NCBI GenBank assembly: GCA_051362555.1
Contig: CM120640.1
Span: 27,056,503 to 27,120,502 of the forward strand
DNA from: Lingula anatina
Taxonomy: Eukaryota; Animalia; Brachiopoda
Length of the DNA: 64,000 nt
Direction: 5' to 3'
The position numbers and the translations under genes are program-made. Positions 50,300 to 62,598 of this stretch are shown here, one piece after another. Each line of letters opens with the position of its first letter. The stretch's first letter is position 1. The notes under the pieces were generated by a model that saw only the letters and a program-made list of their open reading frames with translations, ran no database searches and was not told where the DNA came from.

Positions 50300-50929
50300 T
50301 CAAGGAGTATATATAGTAAGGTTTATGCCCATGCATATCCACTCATACTTACGGTATATAGGTGCAGAGAAAATAATAGCACCCCGAATAGATCGCCATA
50401 ATTTCTTTGTTCCTTTGTCATTCAAATGTGTTCCGTCACTCCTCAAACATTCCCTCCAGCAGTCATTTATTCTCCGATGGGTCCAAAAATAAACTCCTCC
50501 AAGATCATCTACCGTAGATTGTATGCTATCATTTATCAGCCAAACTTGATCGTTATAGTCTTTTTCCTGTTGGCTGTTGTGTATAAACCTGCTTGTGTTT
50601 GAAGCAGCACGACGCAATAACTGTCCCCAATATATTTGAATGTTTCGATGACGTTGTTTTATTGCTAGTATGAGAAGTATTATTTTGTCTCGAACTTGTT
50701 TTGGTGAAGAGAAGATTTTTATGTCATTTCCTCCTAATTGAAAATATATGAAGTCTTTTTCTTCTAAAGCCTCCCAAAAGTACGGATCATTACCTATAGT
50801 TTGGATGGTAGCCCCTCCCCTAGCAAAATATGAAATTCTTGGGCCCCGTAGATTGAAAAAATAATTTGTTGTCCACTGTAAGTCTCTAATAATACTACTT
50901 CCCACTATCAAAATATTGCGAGTATCCAT
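50300..50929 (-). CDS. SGNH/GDSL hydrolase (esterase) carried by the retrotransposon, 209 aa
   Basis: Blocks I ILIVGSSI, II ARGGAT, III QLGGND and V SDGTHLN in the expected order and spacing; uninterrupted ORF. Confidence 0.88.
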   Translation of the reverse strand: MDTRNILIVGSSIIRDLQWTTNYFFNLRGPRISYFARGGATIQTIGNDPYFWEALEEKDFIYFQLGGNDIKIFSSPKQVRDKIILLILAIKQRHRNIQIYWGQLLRRAASNTSRFIHNSQQEKDYNDQVWLINDSIQSTVDDLGGVYFWTHRRINDCWRECLRSDGTHLNDKGTKKLWRSIRGAIIFSAPIYRKYEWICMGINLTIYTP

Positions 50930-51267
50930 GAGCTGTAATAAATGTAATATATCTTTGGAGGGTGGACTTTTTATTATTTAATCTGTTAAGTATACTGGCA
51001 TATAAATTTATATTTTATTCGTTCATACTTGCTGAGTATAATTTTATCTTCTTTAAATTGAACTTAAATTATAGGACGAACACGTTTGTTATATAATTGT
51101 TTTAAATATATTAATGTTAGGTAGATTTGATTATAAATTTTTTCCTTTCCCAATGTTATTGAATATGAATAAATAAAGACGCTTAGCCTAATTTATCTTA
51201 ATTTATATAGCTTAATATAAATATTTTTACAAAATAAAAAACTTGTACCTATCCAATTCATCACATA

Positions 51268-51581
51268 ATGTGAAAGCGTTATATATAGAAGACGTCACCT
51301 TACCTTTTCTTGTTGGACTTTCTGTTTAATATCCGATTTACCTTTCCTTTGTTGTGTCCGCTTTGTCCACCCTCCTTTTATACTTTACCGCCAAATGTTA
51401 CGTCTGTGCTTTGTCTATTGATATCACGTGACTTCATGTTCGTGTTTTTCCGATGCAGCAGCCGGAACATAATGTATGCATCGTCGTCTCCATAGACACA
51501 CAAGATAGTACGAGTGACCCCCATGACCGTATATGTACAGTTCATAAATAAGATTATAATTTCATGATAATCTTTAATTTA
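51268..51581 (-). repeat. 5' terminal repeat A1 of the Ngaro element (likely promoter/leader)
   Basis: Copy of 45257-45570; contains a tcacgtga E-box, a CRE-like gacgtca and a minus-strand splice donor AAG|GTAAGG at 51303. Confidence 0.93.
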
Positions 51582-51799
51582 GGTCATATGACTAGCCTAA
51601 ACCTTTTTCACCCAAGGGGTAAATGTCAATAATAGGACTCATAGGCCTGACTTTTTCTCGATCGAATTAGATTACTCACTACCCAGGACCTGTGTAACTA
51701 TTTTGACCTAATTTCATTCATATCACTCCTTTGGGACCTGTAAGACCCCAAGCTGACGAATGACCTAGTTTACAGCCGGATGCTCGATCTCAAAAGAAC

Positions 51800-54700
51800 A
51801 TGGAAAGATGGATGTGGTTTCACTTCCTGATTATTTTGAGAATATTTGTGTGCATTTCAGGTACATATGTTTTTATTTCATTTGAACAATATAACTTTTT
51901 AAAAACATTTAAAGTGTGTGATTTTACTGCTAGATTTATCTACCTCACGACTCGATCAGTTTTAACAGAATTAACTTTTTGTTGTTGTATACATGGCTTC
52001 ACGGTGAATCACACAGGTTTCTGTTCACATGATACTCACTGTGTGATCTGCGTCCGGGCGGTGTTAACTGATTTCAGAACATGTGTATGTTATCTATTAA
52101 CTCTTGTCCTTTATTGGACAGAATTCTACAATGAGTTAATTTTTAAAATTGTAATTTGATTTCAAGTTTTACACGCATTTTAAAAGATCTCAAAAGAACG
52201 TGGAAAGATGGAATTCAGTGGGTTCACTTCCTTTTTGTTTTGAGAACTTTTGCTTGCATATCAGGTACCTAGACTAGACTCCATGTTTTTTTTTTATTTC
52301 AGTTGAATAGTAAAACTAAAATGTATTTTAAGTGTGTGATTTGATTGCTAGATTTATCTGCCTTATCGACTCTTTTTAGTTGTTGTATACATGGTGTTAT
52401 GCTTCTAATTTAATGCCTAAACGAATATAATATTATATTTCCCTGTATTCTTTATAATTAAGTGGTGCATAGTCAGAGACATATATTTTCAAGTATATTT
52501 TATCATATCTGCTTAAAATTCCATTATATTGCAGAGATCTATGTCCCCTACCAATGTGCTGATGGGTACTTTGGCTGGCATTGCAAGTTTCAATGCCAGT
52601 GTGCTACAGATGGAGAAGTGTGTAACAAGACAACTGGCTCCTGCCCTAGTGGTTGTGCTGGAGACAACTGGGGACCTGGATGCCTTCTTGGTAATCAACA
52701 GAATACAGGCCTACTCAACTACCAGACTCGGCACCAAATGATCTCGAGTTCACCGGTAAATCGGACCACACTACCTGTTTTCAAGTTGTGTGTCAGTATG
52801 CATTTCACAGTATCATACCCCGGAACAAATTTTGAGATGAGATGCATTACTTTCCAACCCCGCTGAGAATCATCACCATCACATCGCGTACTGGGCAAGA
52901 GCGTTGTTGCATCTGATACTCCGAAGCATGTACTGATGTACACCTTGAAAACAGGTAGTGTGGTCCGATACACTGGTGAACTCGGGATCATTCGGTGCCG
53001 AGTCTGGTAGTTGGGTAGGCCTGGAATAGATATTGATAAATTGTTGTAATATCCCTAGAACTTCCATATTCATGATTAGCAAAAATAACATACTTTCTGT
53101 TAAAAACTCACTATAATAAGTTCTAACATACTAAAATATTTTGAGACCAAAATAAGGCTACTTAAGTCTAATATGATAAAATATGATTAAATGTTATACA
53201 AATGCTAATTTCAAAACAATGGGAATAGCTAAAAAAAGCCAAATTGGGAAATTATAGAAATAAATGATGTCCGTAATGAGATGTATTACTTGAAAAAATA
53301 ATGTGTTTGATCAAATTTGCAATCTTTAACAGTCTGGATTTTTTTTTTCAAGATTCATCATGTTATTATGACTGCTGTGAAAGTGAAAGGAATGGGGGCT
53401 TCAAATATGCTGGGAAAATATCTGGATATGGCACATCAAGATGTAATTTGTGGACTGATCCCTATAATAAGTATAAACTCATGGATGATGATGTACCTGA
53501 AATGAACTTAACTTTAGCAAAAAATTACTGTAGGAATCCAATACATAGAAACAAAGGAGAAAAACCCTGGTGTAATTCTGCCCAAGATTTTGTATATTGT
53601 GACGTTATAAAGTGTGGTAAGTACCTATTACCTAAGGTCAGGCCTAAAAATATAATTTCATTATTTTCCATTCTGTGTCCATGGGCACCCGAGTTTGGAT
53701 TGATGTTTGCGCATGCTAGTATGTGTGATTTTTATGCAAGTACACATGTATTAAATATGATCATATATTTTACAGAAATAAAACTGAGTGCAAAACTATT
53801 TTCCTCGTAGATTTTACCACCGTGATGCCAATACTCTAGTTTATAATTTCAAAATCAAATAAACTTCTCAAGATGTTAAATCATTTAGATTGTCCTGACT
53901 ACCGCTTTGATGGCCAGAACAACTGTGACAAGGACTGTAAATGCAGAAACAGCAGTGAGGTGTGTAATAAGGAAACAGGTGCCTGCACAAGTGGATGCTC
54001 AGTGGGATGGGGAGGAACAGGCTGCCAGGACTGTAAGTACAAGCAGATTGCAGTCCCATTTTCAGTCACTTTCAGATGTGTGATAGGCTATTCATAATGT
54101 GCTTCATATTTGGAATTTGATAGTTATAATTTTAAAATGAAGAAGAGGAAAATGATTGGTACAGACAAAAGCTGATATAGGGGTTGAAGTTAGAGAGCTC
54201 ATTCTGGAGTAATTTTTGCTCATGAATCGGTAAAGTCTTAAGCTTACTACCTATATGAGTCTTTTTAAGATCAAATCATATGCAGTTTCGTAAAAAAAAT
54301 TGAAAAACTAGATAATTTTAAACCAGTGGCAAAAACTGACGTAAGAAATTACAAACATTTTGTCTGATTCAGTTAAGAATAAAAAAAAGCTAATTTATCA
54401 GATCATAAGATCATGGAATGTTTTGCCTCCAAAATTAAAGTGCTAAACAAGGATATTAATACTTGCTGTTTGCAAGCTGTGACAAGAACTTTTTCTATAA
54501 GGTACACTTGGGGAGAAACCTTCAGCCACATCAACAGCTACTAATATCACAGTTAGTTGGAATACCACAACATGTGCTAGATCTGATGTGCCAGGAATCC
54601 AGTATGTATTAGAATACGCTGAACTACCTGGTGATACATGGCAATCTATAGACAGGAGTGGAGAAGATTGTGGTATCAGGTGTGAGGTCACCGTTTCCAA

Positions 54701-55573
54701 CTTGCTGCCTGATATGGTGTACCTGGTGAGGGTGAGGATAAGAAAAGATGATAATCAACCTGGCCCCTTTTTGGCTGATGAAACCACTCAAGTTAAAACA
54801 ATGTGTGACGGTAAGTTTATTTACTCTATACATGCCTGAGCATACTAGAGGGTTTTTTTTTAGTAATTTAATTATATATTTATATTTTTTTAAATTATAG
54901 ATATATATTTACATAAAGTATCATTTCACTAATTTTTTTTAAAGCTTTCCCTTTCCATATTACATTCAGAGCCTCGTAGAATTAATTCCAGCCAGTTCCA
55001 TATAGAAGAGGTTTCAGATTCTAATAGAAGAGTTATCAGGGTTACTTGGAATGTGAGTTTAAATATTACTGTATTAATATCAAAAGAATGCTGTAGTATG
55101 TCAAGAATGAAAAATTAAGAAGAATCTGAGAAAAAATTCATCTTCAGTTATCTTAGTAGCAAACTGAATAAGTGTTGTAATTAATTATGCTATAATTAAG
55201 GTACTCCAAAATTAAAGTTTAACATTTTAAATTATATATGTGACATGTTTACTGCTTTTTAAGAAGGTAACTGATCAAGATTGGAAATGCCAGGATGGAA
55301 GGGAGATTAAAATCAGGTATAAGAATGGAACTGATGCTGATGAGGTAACAGATACTGTTGCAGCCAATGCCAGGTACAAAGACTTTGACACTGCTGCCTG
55401 CACACACTGGAGCTTCCAGATAAAGCTTGTAAATAAAAAGGACAATTCTGGCTTTTCAAGGGCAAACACCATTACAACTTCAGCAGGTTTGTTAACAAAA
55501 CATACATGTTCATTTGGTAGTTTAGAATTTATGAATCAATACATTGATGATTAGGAAAGACCCCCCCCCCCCC

Positions 55574-55656
<83 letters not shown>

Positions 55657-58600
55657 TAATAAGAATTGGTTCAAGAAATTCAATATTTTATCATGCCTGT
55701 ACCCCTGTTAGTCCCTTTTCAAAAATATTTTCCTTATTCTTGTTAATGTCAAGTATTCTTATATCACTATGCAGTGCTGCCTCTTTTTTCTAAAGGGATA
55801 ACAACTCTTTGTATGAGATTCATATTTCACAATAAATACATTGTAAACATCTGATGAAAAATAATATTTCTTTTTTACCACCAAAAAGGCAGTTTTTATT
55901 CTGGAATCCGCTTACCATCAGACCAAATGACCTCTATAGGTGGCTACCAACTGTAATAATATTTTTTTAAGTTTTAATTTTTTTTTTTTTGTAATAATCT
56001 CTTAAGAATGTTGGAACAGATTCATTAATCATTTGTAAGTATGGGAAAATTCTTGTTTACCCCAGGAAAATCCATTTTTTTCTTCAAAATGCACAGTTGT
56101 CATCCATTTAAGATTGGCATAGTAGGGTTCTATGATAAGTAAATAGAAATCAAGAAATTTCCATTTCTTTCCATTTCAGTTGTTGCACAAGTTACCTCAC
56201 TGACAAAAAGCTCCATTACTCCCACATCAGCCACCATTTGTTGGTACCCCCCTAGATTCACTGGCTGTAATATAACCGGGTACAATATTACAGCAGTCAG
56301 GTTACAGGGGGAGTGCAGTCAATTGTCAGATCACCAGACATCTACATTATTGAGTGAAATAACAACACATTACACATTTACAAAATTATATCCAAATTCA
56401 CAGTATGATATATCTATTAAAGCGGTTTCTGCATCACTTGAGGGGGATCCACAATCACTACAAATCAAGACTTTAGAAGCAGGTAGGATTTTAGATTGTT
56501 GTTGTAATAATTGCAGAAATGATTGAAATGACAAATGTTTATATAAATTTGATCTAAAATATTATATTGATACAGATTTCCTGTAATGTGGAATGGATGT
56601 GTACTGTTGCACAATTAGATTATTGTGCATAATTAGGGACTTGTCAGAAACAAAATGGAGAATGAATTGAAGAATCTACAGAAAAGACAACTTTTGAAAT
56701 AAGGAAATTGCTACCATTTTCTAAATATGTCATCAATGTGTCAAAAAACGCTAATGGGGATAGAAATTCAGTCATGCCCCAAACACTTGCAGTGGGTAAG
56801 TTTTGACTTTCACAATGTATTGATTATAGTTATTAAAAATCTGTAATCGTTTTGAAGATTGCTTTCATTTGATATTACAACTTTATCTTGTACATCATTT
56901 TAAGAGTATTTTAATGTCACAGCTTCTAACAGTTTTGCCATGTCTAGTCATGATTTAACAACAATGTCATTGATGTACTTTTGATAAAGTAAGTAATTTT
57001 GTTAAGATCATGATTCCTAAAAAAAAAAATGAAGTATAATTTTCATAAAATGTGCAATCCATTTTACACTGTAAATATTCATGTTCTAGCTCCTTCATGT
57101 GCTCCTAGTTCAGAATTAATAACTGCTGACCCCAGATCTGTTACCATGGGGTGGGTTGAACTCCCATGTGCTTGTCAAAATGGACCTATCAGTGGATACG
57201 ACTATAGCATTAGACCTGCAGATGACTCTGACTGTGTCTATGGGACTATAGATAATTATACAAGTTCTCTCTCAGTGACCATTCATAAGTTAGTGCCATT
57301 TACCAGTTATCTATTCCGTGTGCGAGCTAAAAACAATCAAGGGGTTGGACCCTGGAGCAGCGAGATACCAGTAAAAACATTAGATGATGGTAGGTTTTAT
57401 GTTAATATATCACTGAAAGCATTTTTTTATTTAGTGCCAAATTGTATTATAGCTTTCTTATTTTGAAGAATTATCATCCGTATTGGTAATATAAAGTGTA
57501 CATTATTTTAATGTTGATTTGATATTTACTACACTTTGGTTTCATTTGAGAATGTGCAGTTATAAATGTTGTTGATTATGTTTCAAGAAAGTTTGCATAT
57601 ATATGTATCTCTGTTTTCAAAGTTCCACCTAAGATCACCAATATAAGAACCAACAGCAATACCACTGCCATAGAAATTCAATGGGAGGTCCCTTGTCCAC
57701 CACACGGGGTCATAACCCGCTATGAGATAAAATACAAGCAGAAGAATGCTAATACCTTCTCAGCTCCCATAAACTGTGATAGTTGCACTGACATTTACTG
57801 GATACATAAAGGACTGCAAGCAGATACAGACTATGTTGTAAAGGTAAAAGATTGTTCTAAAATGAATACAGTAATGACTTTATCTTTTCAATGGGCCTGA
57901 ATTATCAAACTTACTCACACATAATTTTATAATCAGAAAAATTATATTTCTATATAGCATTTTGTGATGCTTTTACTGTGTAGAGTTGTTTGCTTTTTTG
58001 TTGCAACTGCTCAATAGGAATATTTAAATTTTAAGAAATTATGACTTAAAAATTATAGCATCTGTAGAATCTACTATTTTCCCCACATTAAAAAGTTCAT
58101 TGCATTATGTGATGTTTTATAGTGAGAAATTACATTATCATTTTTCTGTTTCAGTAAATGTATGCAAATACTTTCAACTCCCTAGGCCTTGCCTTCTTTT
58201 CAGTAGCCAGGGTTATTGCCATTAAAGGACCCAATTTAAATCCTTGAAAGTCCCATTAAAATGCCTGGCATTATAATACAGCCTAATGCAAAACCTAATG
58301 AAGGACATCTTTTAGAGAATTAGACAAGACATTTAAAAAGAGAAGAGAAAGATTAAAGTCAAAATAATTCCCTCTGAACTGATTAATTCTAGCTAAAACC
58401 TATAGCAAACAAGGTGTTGGTGTCTATGTAGGTACTGAAACCCTATGTGAGGTGTCCATTTGGAGCATGGATCTAACGTACACATCCGTTCCTCAATGCT
58501 TTAACTTGTTTATATTTTTAAGGAATTGTTTTTGATGAACCTTTTTGAAATTTTAATGATTGGAATAGGTGAGTGCCTGCACGAAGAGTGGCTGTGGAGC

Positions 58601-61600
58601 AGACAGTGATGAATATTTTGTAAGGACCACAGAAGGCAGTAAGTTAATTTCATTTGCTATATTTTGAAATCTAGAGGTATTCTTGCCTCATTCTCACTCA
58701 GTGTATGATATATGCGTTTTATATATGCTTTTTACGTCATCCGTATTTTCTTTACATGGAGACTAGACTATTACTTATCTTTTAAGCATGTAATGGTTAT
58801 CTAATATTTTGATTTCAGGCTATGGAAATGATTCATTCTCATGGCATCTTTATCAAATAATTAGTTTGTTATTTAACATTTAAAGCAGAAAGTTTGGGAC
58901 AATATGCCTGATATCTGAAAAATTATTTTTTTCAGTCCCTGAGCCTCCAGAAAACCTAACTTTGATTTCTGCCACACCCACAACTCTCAATGTGTCTTGG
59001 TTAGAGCCTTGGAAGAGGAATGGGCTGATAAGGAATTATCAGGTAAATTACTGTGTTTTCTACAGACGGCACAGCAGAACTGTTTACGTTTATTTTTTTT
59101 AAGTAAAGCTTTTGCTGCACAAGGGTAATGAACAAACCCATTCGCCAAGATATCGCATTTTTTCTACTATAAATATTTAAAAAATAATAGATTTCTTTAT
59201 CCAGTTTTTTTCTTTTTTTTTGGACATAATATATACTTAATTGTATATCATAGTCATCACTCAATCCATGTAAGCTTTTAGAGGGATTTTGTAATATTTT
59301 GATGCAAATAATACCTACTGTGTACAGTATAATGGATTTTCCTGGCATCATGGACATTGCTTTGGTACTTACTGATCAACATAAAAACTGTTCAATCTCG
59401 GATATATACCTATAATTTACATTTTTAAAATGTTTTTTTAATTGTTTCTTTTTAATGGTTTTTAAATCAATGTTAGTGGACACTGAACTCAGAGACAGAT
59501 ACTGATATCATGCCATACGGATGTCATGCCACAGCTGTCTGATCTGGACAGGGGTCATGCCAATGGCATGATGGAATCTGGGATACGGGTCCAGGCAGTG
59601 GCTGCAGCCCTCCATGTACATTAGAGTACAATATCATGGATGTGACGTCGGTACAATGTTTCAGGAAGCACAGCTCACCGGCTGAGTAGTGGCAGACTAC
59701 AAGAAACTGCATAACGTCAGGATCAGTATGTTGTATTGCAGCATTTGTGTCATCCCTTTCAAAATTCATCCCTGACAGCACATAACACTTTTGGACATCA
59801 TAACCCTGGAATCAGTAACCAGGTAGTATGAGCAGCCAATCTCAGATGCCGCAAACCACACCAGGGTCCACCGCTTAGCATGACAGCAATCAATGTGAAA
59901 TCAAATCTTGGCCACTGACGAGGTCAGTTTTGTTTGTCACATTCAGACAGAAGGGTTCTCTGATGAGGCAGTGGTTGAACATGACTGCTTTGGTGGACAA
60001 AGTTTTATGGTTTGGGCAGGCATAAGTGGCCATTCCAAGACAGAACTCGTGCTAATTGATGGAAATCTGACTGGCCAGTGGTACACAGATGAAGTCCTGA
60101 AGACAGCTGTTCTGCCGTCCATGCATCAAGACCCAACGCTAGGCCTGTTCCAGCAAAACAACTCCAGTCTCCAAACTCTCAGGATAGCACTGGCATACCT
60201 GCAGCAGGAGCAGATCTAGACTCTCCCTTGGCCAACTCTTAGTCCTGACTTGCCTCCCATTGAGCATGCCTGCAATAAACGGGGAAGACGACTTTATAAT
60301 TGCCAGCCACAGCCTACCACCATCATAAAATTAAGAGAAGCACTAGTGGAAGAGTGAAGAAGAATACCCTAAGCTTGTATGGTCCATGAGGAGGAGATTC
60401 TAACCTGTATTGCAGCAGGGGAGGGCACACTTGTTACTGAACAACATAATACCATTTAAGCAACAATATTGTATTAAAAAAAGTGTAATAAAACCATATA
60501 ATATAAAAAACTTGCATATCTTTTTTGGCCTGTATATATATATATATGTTTTATTGATCTATTTTATTTTTCTAGGTTTCCGTTTTCCCTGTGGACCTGG
60601 ACAAGAACCGAGAAAGAGTCCAGGAGGTGTTAGGTGATCAGTTCCATTTTGTTATAGAAGGACTGAGGCCTTCCACCCAATATGAAGTTCAAGTACGGGC
60701 AAAGACATATGAATATGGGCAACCTGTAATTCAGACATTTTGGACAGATTTACCTAGTAGGTTTTTTATGATATACTATCTCAATGATAGAACTGTTATT
60801 TTTAGCTCATGTCAATTTGTCGGGATTTGGGGTGAAATGACTAGTCTAGGTATCTAATGGGGTGTCTGGAAAGGATCATGAATGGGTCTTCTTGACCTAA
60901 TAGTATGTTTTAGGGTAAAAGATATGTACCCACCTTATAAACCTTGACTGTGCTCAAAAGGTGAAAAATATCAAAGATGCATATTTGGGTGTGTGAATTA
61001 AATGAGTTAAAATTAAATCTTTGAAAACTTGTATGCAGTTACTCCGTGTATTGCATGCTATGCAAAAAAGGAATAGATATCATTGTCAAACTTTGTAAAT
61101 TACATTATTCTCATTTGATTTTATGAATAATTTGTTGAAAAACATATTCCCTCATCTAACCTTCATTGTTTTCTACCACTTCTTTCAGGTGTTACCTCAG
61201 AAATAATGCCAATGGTTTCTATAAGCAAAGAGGCAGTCACACCAACTACTGTTACATTAAGCCTTTATCCTGTTAAATATGAAGGGCCTATCAAGTAAGT
61301 GTGTGTATTGTGTGTAAATATAATTAAATTGTTATATGTTATAGGACTGAAGATTTATATGGCAAAAGATGAATGAACTTAGACATCATTTTTTTATGTT
61401 GATCCTTATAATTTAATTTTGGAAAATTCTATTTGAAAGGTACTACCGTGTGGTTGTGGAAAAACAGAGTGGACCACTAAGAAAAAGAAGGGATATTGTC
61501 ACATTTGATGAGTCTACCCTCACTGGCATAGATAATGCATCGCAACAGCGTTATACCAAGTATATTGCCATTCAGTTGTCATATGAAGAATTAGACCCAG

Positions 61601-62598
61601 ACTCTGGGAAGGAAGTGGTGGTTGGAGATGGGAAGGTGTATGATGGCTACAGGAATCCTCCTTTGGTACAAAACCAGCAGTACAAGATTTACACTGGATT
61701 TCTAGCTGAGCTTCCAAATGTAAGTATTATTTCAAAAGTTTCGGAGTTTAGACTTTTATGTTATACTTCCAAATGCATATAATGAAATCGTTGGACAAAT
61801 AGCACATCTCCTTTTCTTTTTCTGTTATAGGGAAATCAGAAGTCTGCTTATCAGGAAGTTCAGGCTATAGATTTAGAAGGTCTTGGTAATGCTTTCACAG
61901 GTTTGTCTCCATATGTTAAAATCTCTTTGTTAAAAATGTGTTTCATGTTAAAATAACATTGTTCATTTTAAATTTTTGCATTTGACAGGAACTACCCTGT
62001 TGTTTTTCTACAAGTGAGTGTATAAGGTGAAAGATTTATTATATCCTAGGGGTTTCAGGTTATTGGTACCTTCATTGGTGACTTGCATCTGTGATTTTCA
62101 TCTTTTCAGTGAAAGATTATAAAAGTTTGCCATTAGAGACTGCTGTGGGAATTGCAGTAGCAGTAGTGGTGTTGGTATTTATTGGTTTGGCAGTTTTTGT
62201 GATTGTTTGGAGGTAAATCAATCACTATAGAGGATAAAATTTGATGTATGTTATTGGTGTGGAGTAAAACACTCCTTAAGACATTTTGCCACCTGCATTG
62301 TAAAAGTAGTTTTGTATATTGTCTCATTAATGACACTCATGTTCTGCTGTCAGTTTTTGATCATCTTGTAAACATATGCAACATATTGTCTATGAAGATG
62401 AGATCTGTAACAGTGATGGATTAAATTAAATCTAAATTTTCTGGAATATTATAGAGCTACAAAATGTCATTCAAAGTGTCAAATTTCTTGTTTAAAAGAT
62501 TCCATTGCATCTGTTTGCTTTTTCTAGGAGAAGACGTCAGAAGCCAAAAAGAGATTCCCACAACATACCACTAACTAAGGTCCACAAAGAGAAAAACG
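51800..62598 (+). CDS. Single-pass receptor: signal peptide - EGF-like - kringle - EGF-like - multiple FN3 - TM; RPTP-like, continues beyond the window
   Basis: Signal exon 51800-51860; EGF-like 52535-52690 (CADGYFGWHCKFQCQC); kringle 53353-53616 (NYCRNP...KPWC); EGF-like 53889-54032; FN3 exons ~54480-61290 (LLPDMVY, LYPNSQY, LVPFTSY, LRPSTQYEVQV); RKRR furin-like site and VGDGKVYDGYRNPPL juxtamembrane motif (61440-61719); TM exon 62110-62212; basic RRRRQKPKR exon 62528-62598. No catalytic domain lies in the window. Confidence 0.85.
52186..52395 (+). repeat. Diverged tandem duplicate of the receptor signal-peptide exon and intron start
   Basis: gatctcaaaagaacRtggaaagatgga...tcag|gtac and downstream aagtgtgtgattt...gctagatttatct recur ~400 bp after 51786-51995. 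Confidence 0.85.
52706..53023. mobile_element. Foldback MITE with ~100-bp TIRs and 5-bp TSD (GAATA)
   Basis: caggcctactcaactaccagactcggcacc... / ...ggtgccgagtctggtagttgggtaggcctg; gaata at 52701-52705 and 53024-53028. Confidence 0.9.
55589..55650. repeat. (AT)n microsatellite preceded by poly-C and poly-A runs
   Basis: Directly visible. Confidence 0.95.
59500..60532 (+). pseudogene. Degenerate Tc1/mariner transposase relic in receptor intron
   Basis: ORF 59908-60219 has TDE, FGGQSFMVWAGIS, IDGNLT and FQQNN, and reads on past a stop into WPTLSPDLPPIEH (DD34E-type motifs, second D mutated); boundaries approximate. Confidence 0.85.

Larger units (their letters stand above)
45011..51581 (-). 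mobile_element. Ngaro/DIRS-order tyrosine-recombinase retrotransposon with split direct repeats (A1-ORFs-B1-A2-B2)
   Basis: A repeats 51268-51581 and 45257-45570 (314 bp, identical by eye); B repeats 45567-45790 and 45011-45234 (224 bp, two substitutions); 22-bp spacer 45235-45256; TTTA at both ends and at the B1/A2 junction; contains gag, RT-RNaseH and YR ORFs. Confidence 0.96.

Noticed and set aside
45299-51495. Identical 61-aa ORFs at 45299 and 51310
   Set aside because: They are antisense reads of the A repeat with a TTG start; identity reflects the repeat, not coding selection.
45011-51581. Prophage, bacterial integrative element or contamination (integrase plus RT)
   Set aside because: RT-RNaseH-YR overlap, gag zinc finger and split direct repeats are diagnostic of eukaryotic DIRS/Ngaro elements, and the flanks are intron-containing animal genes.
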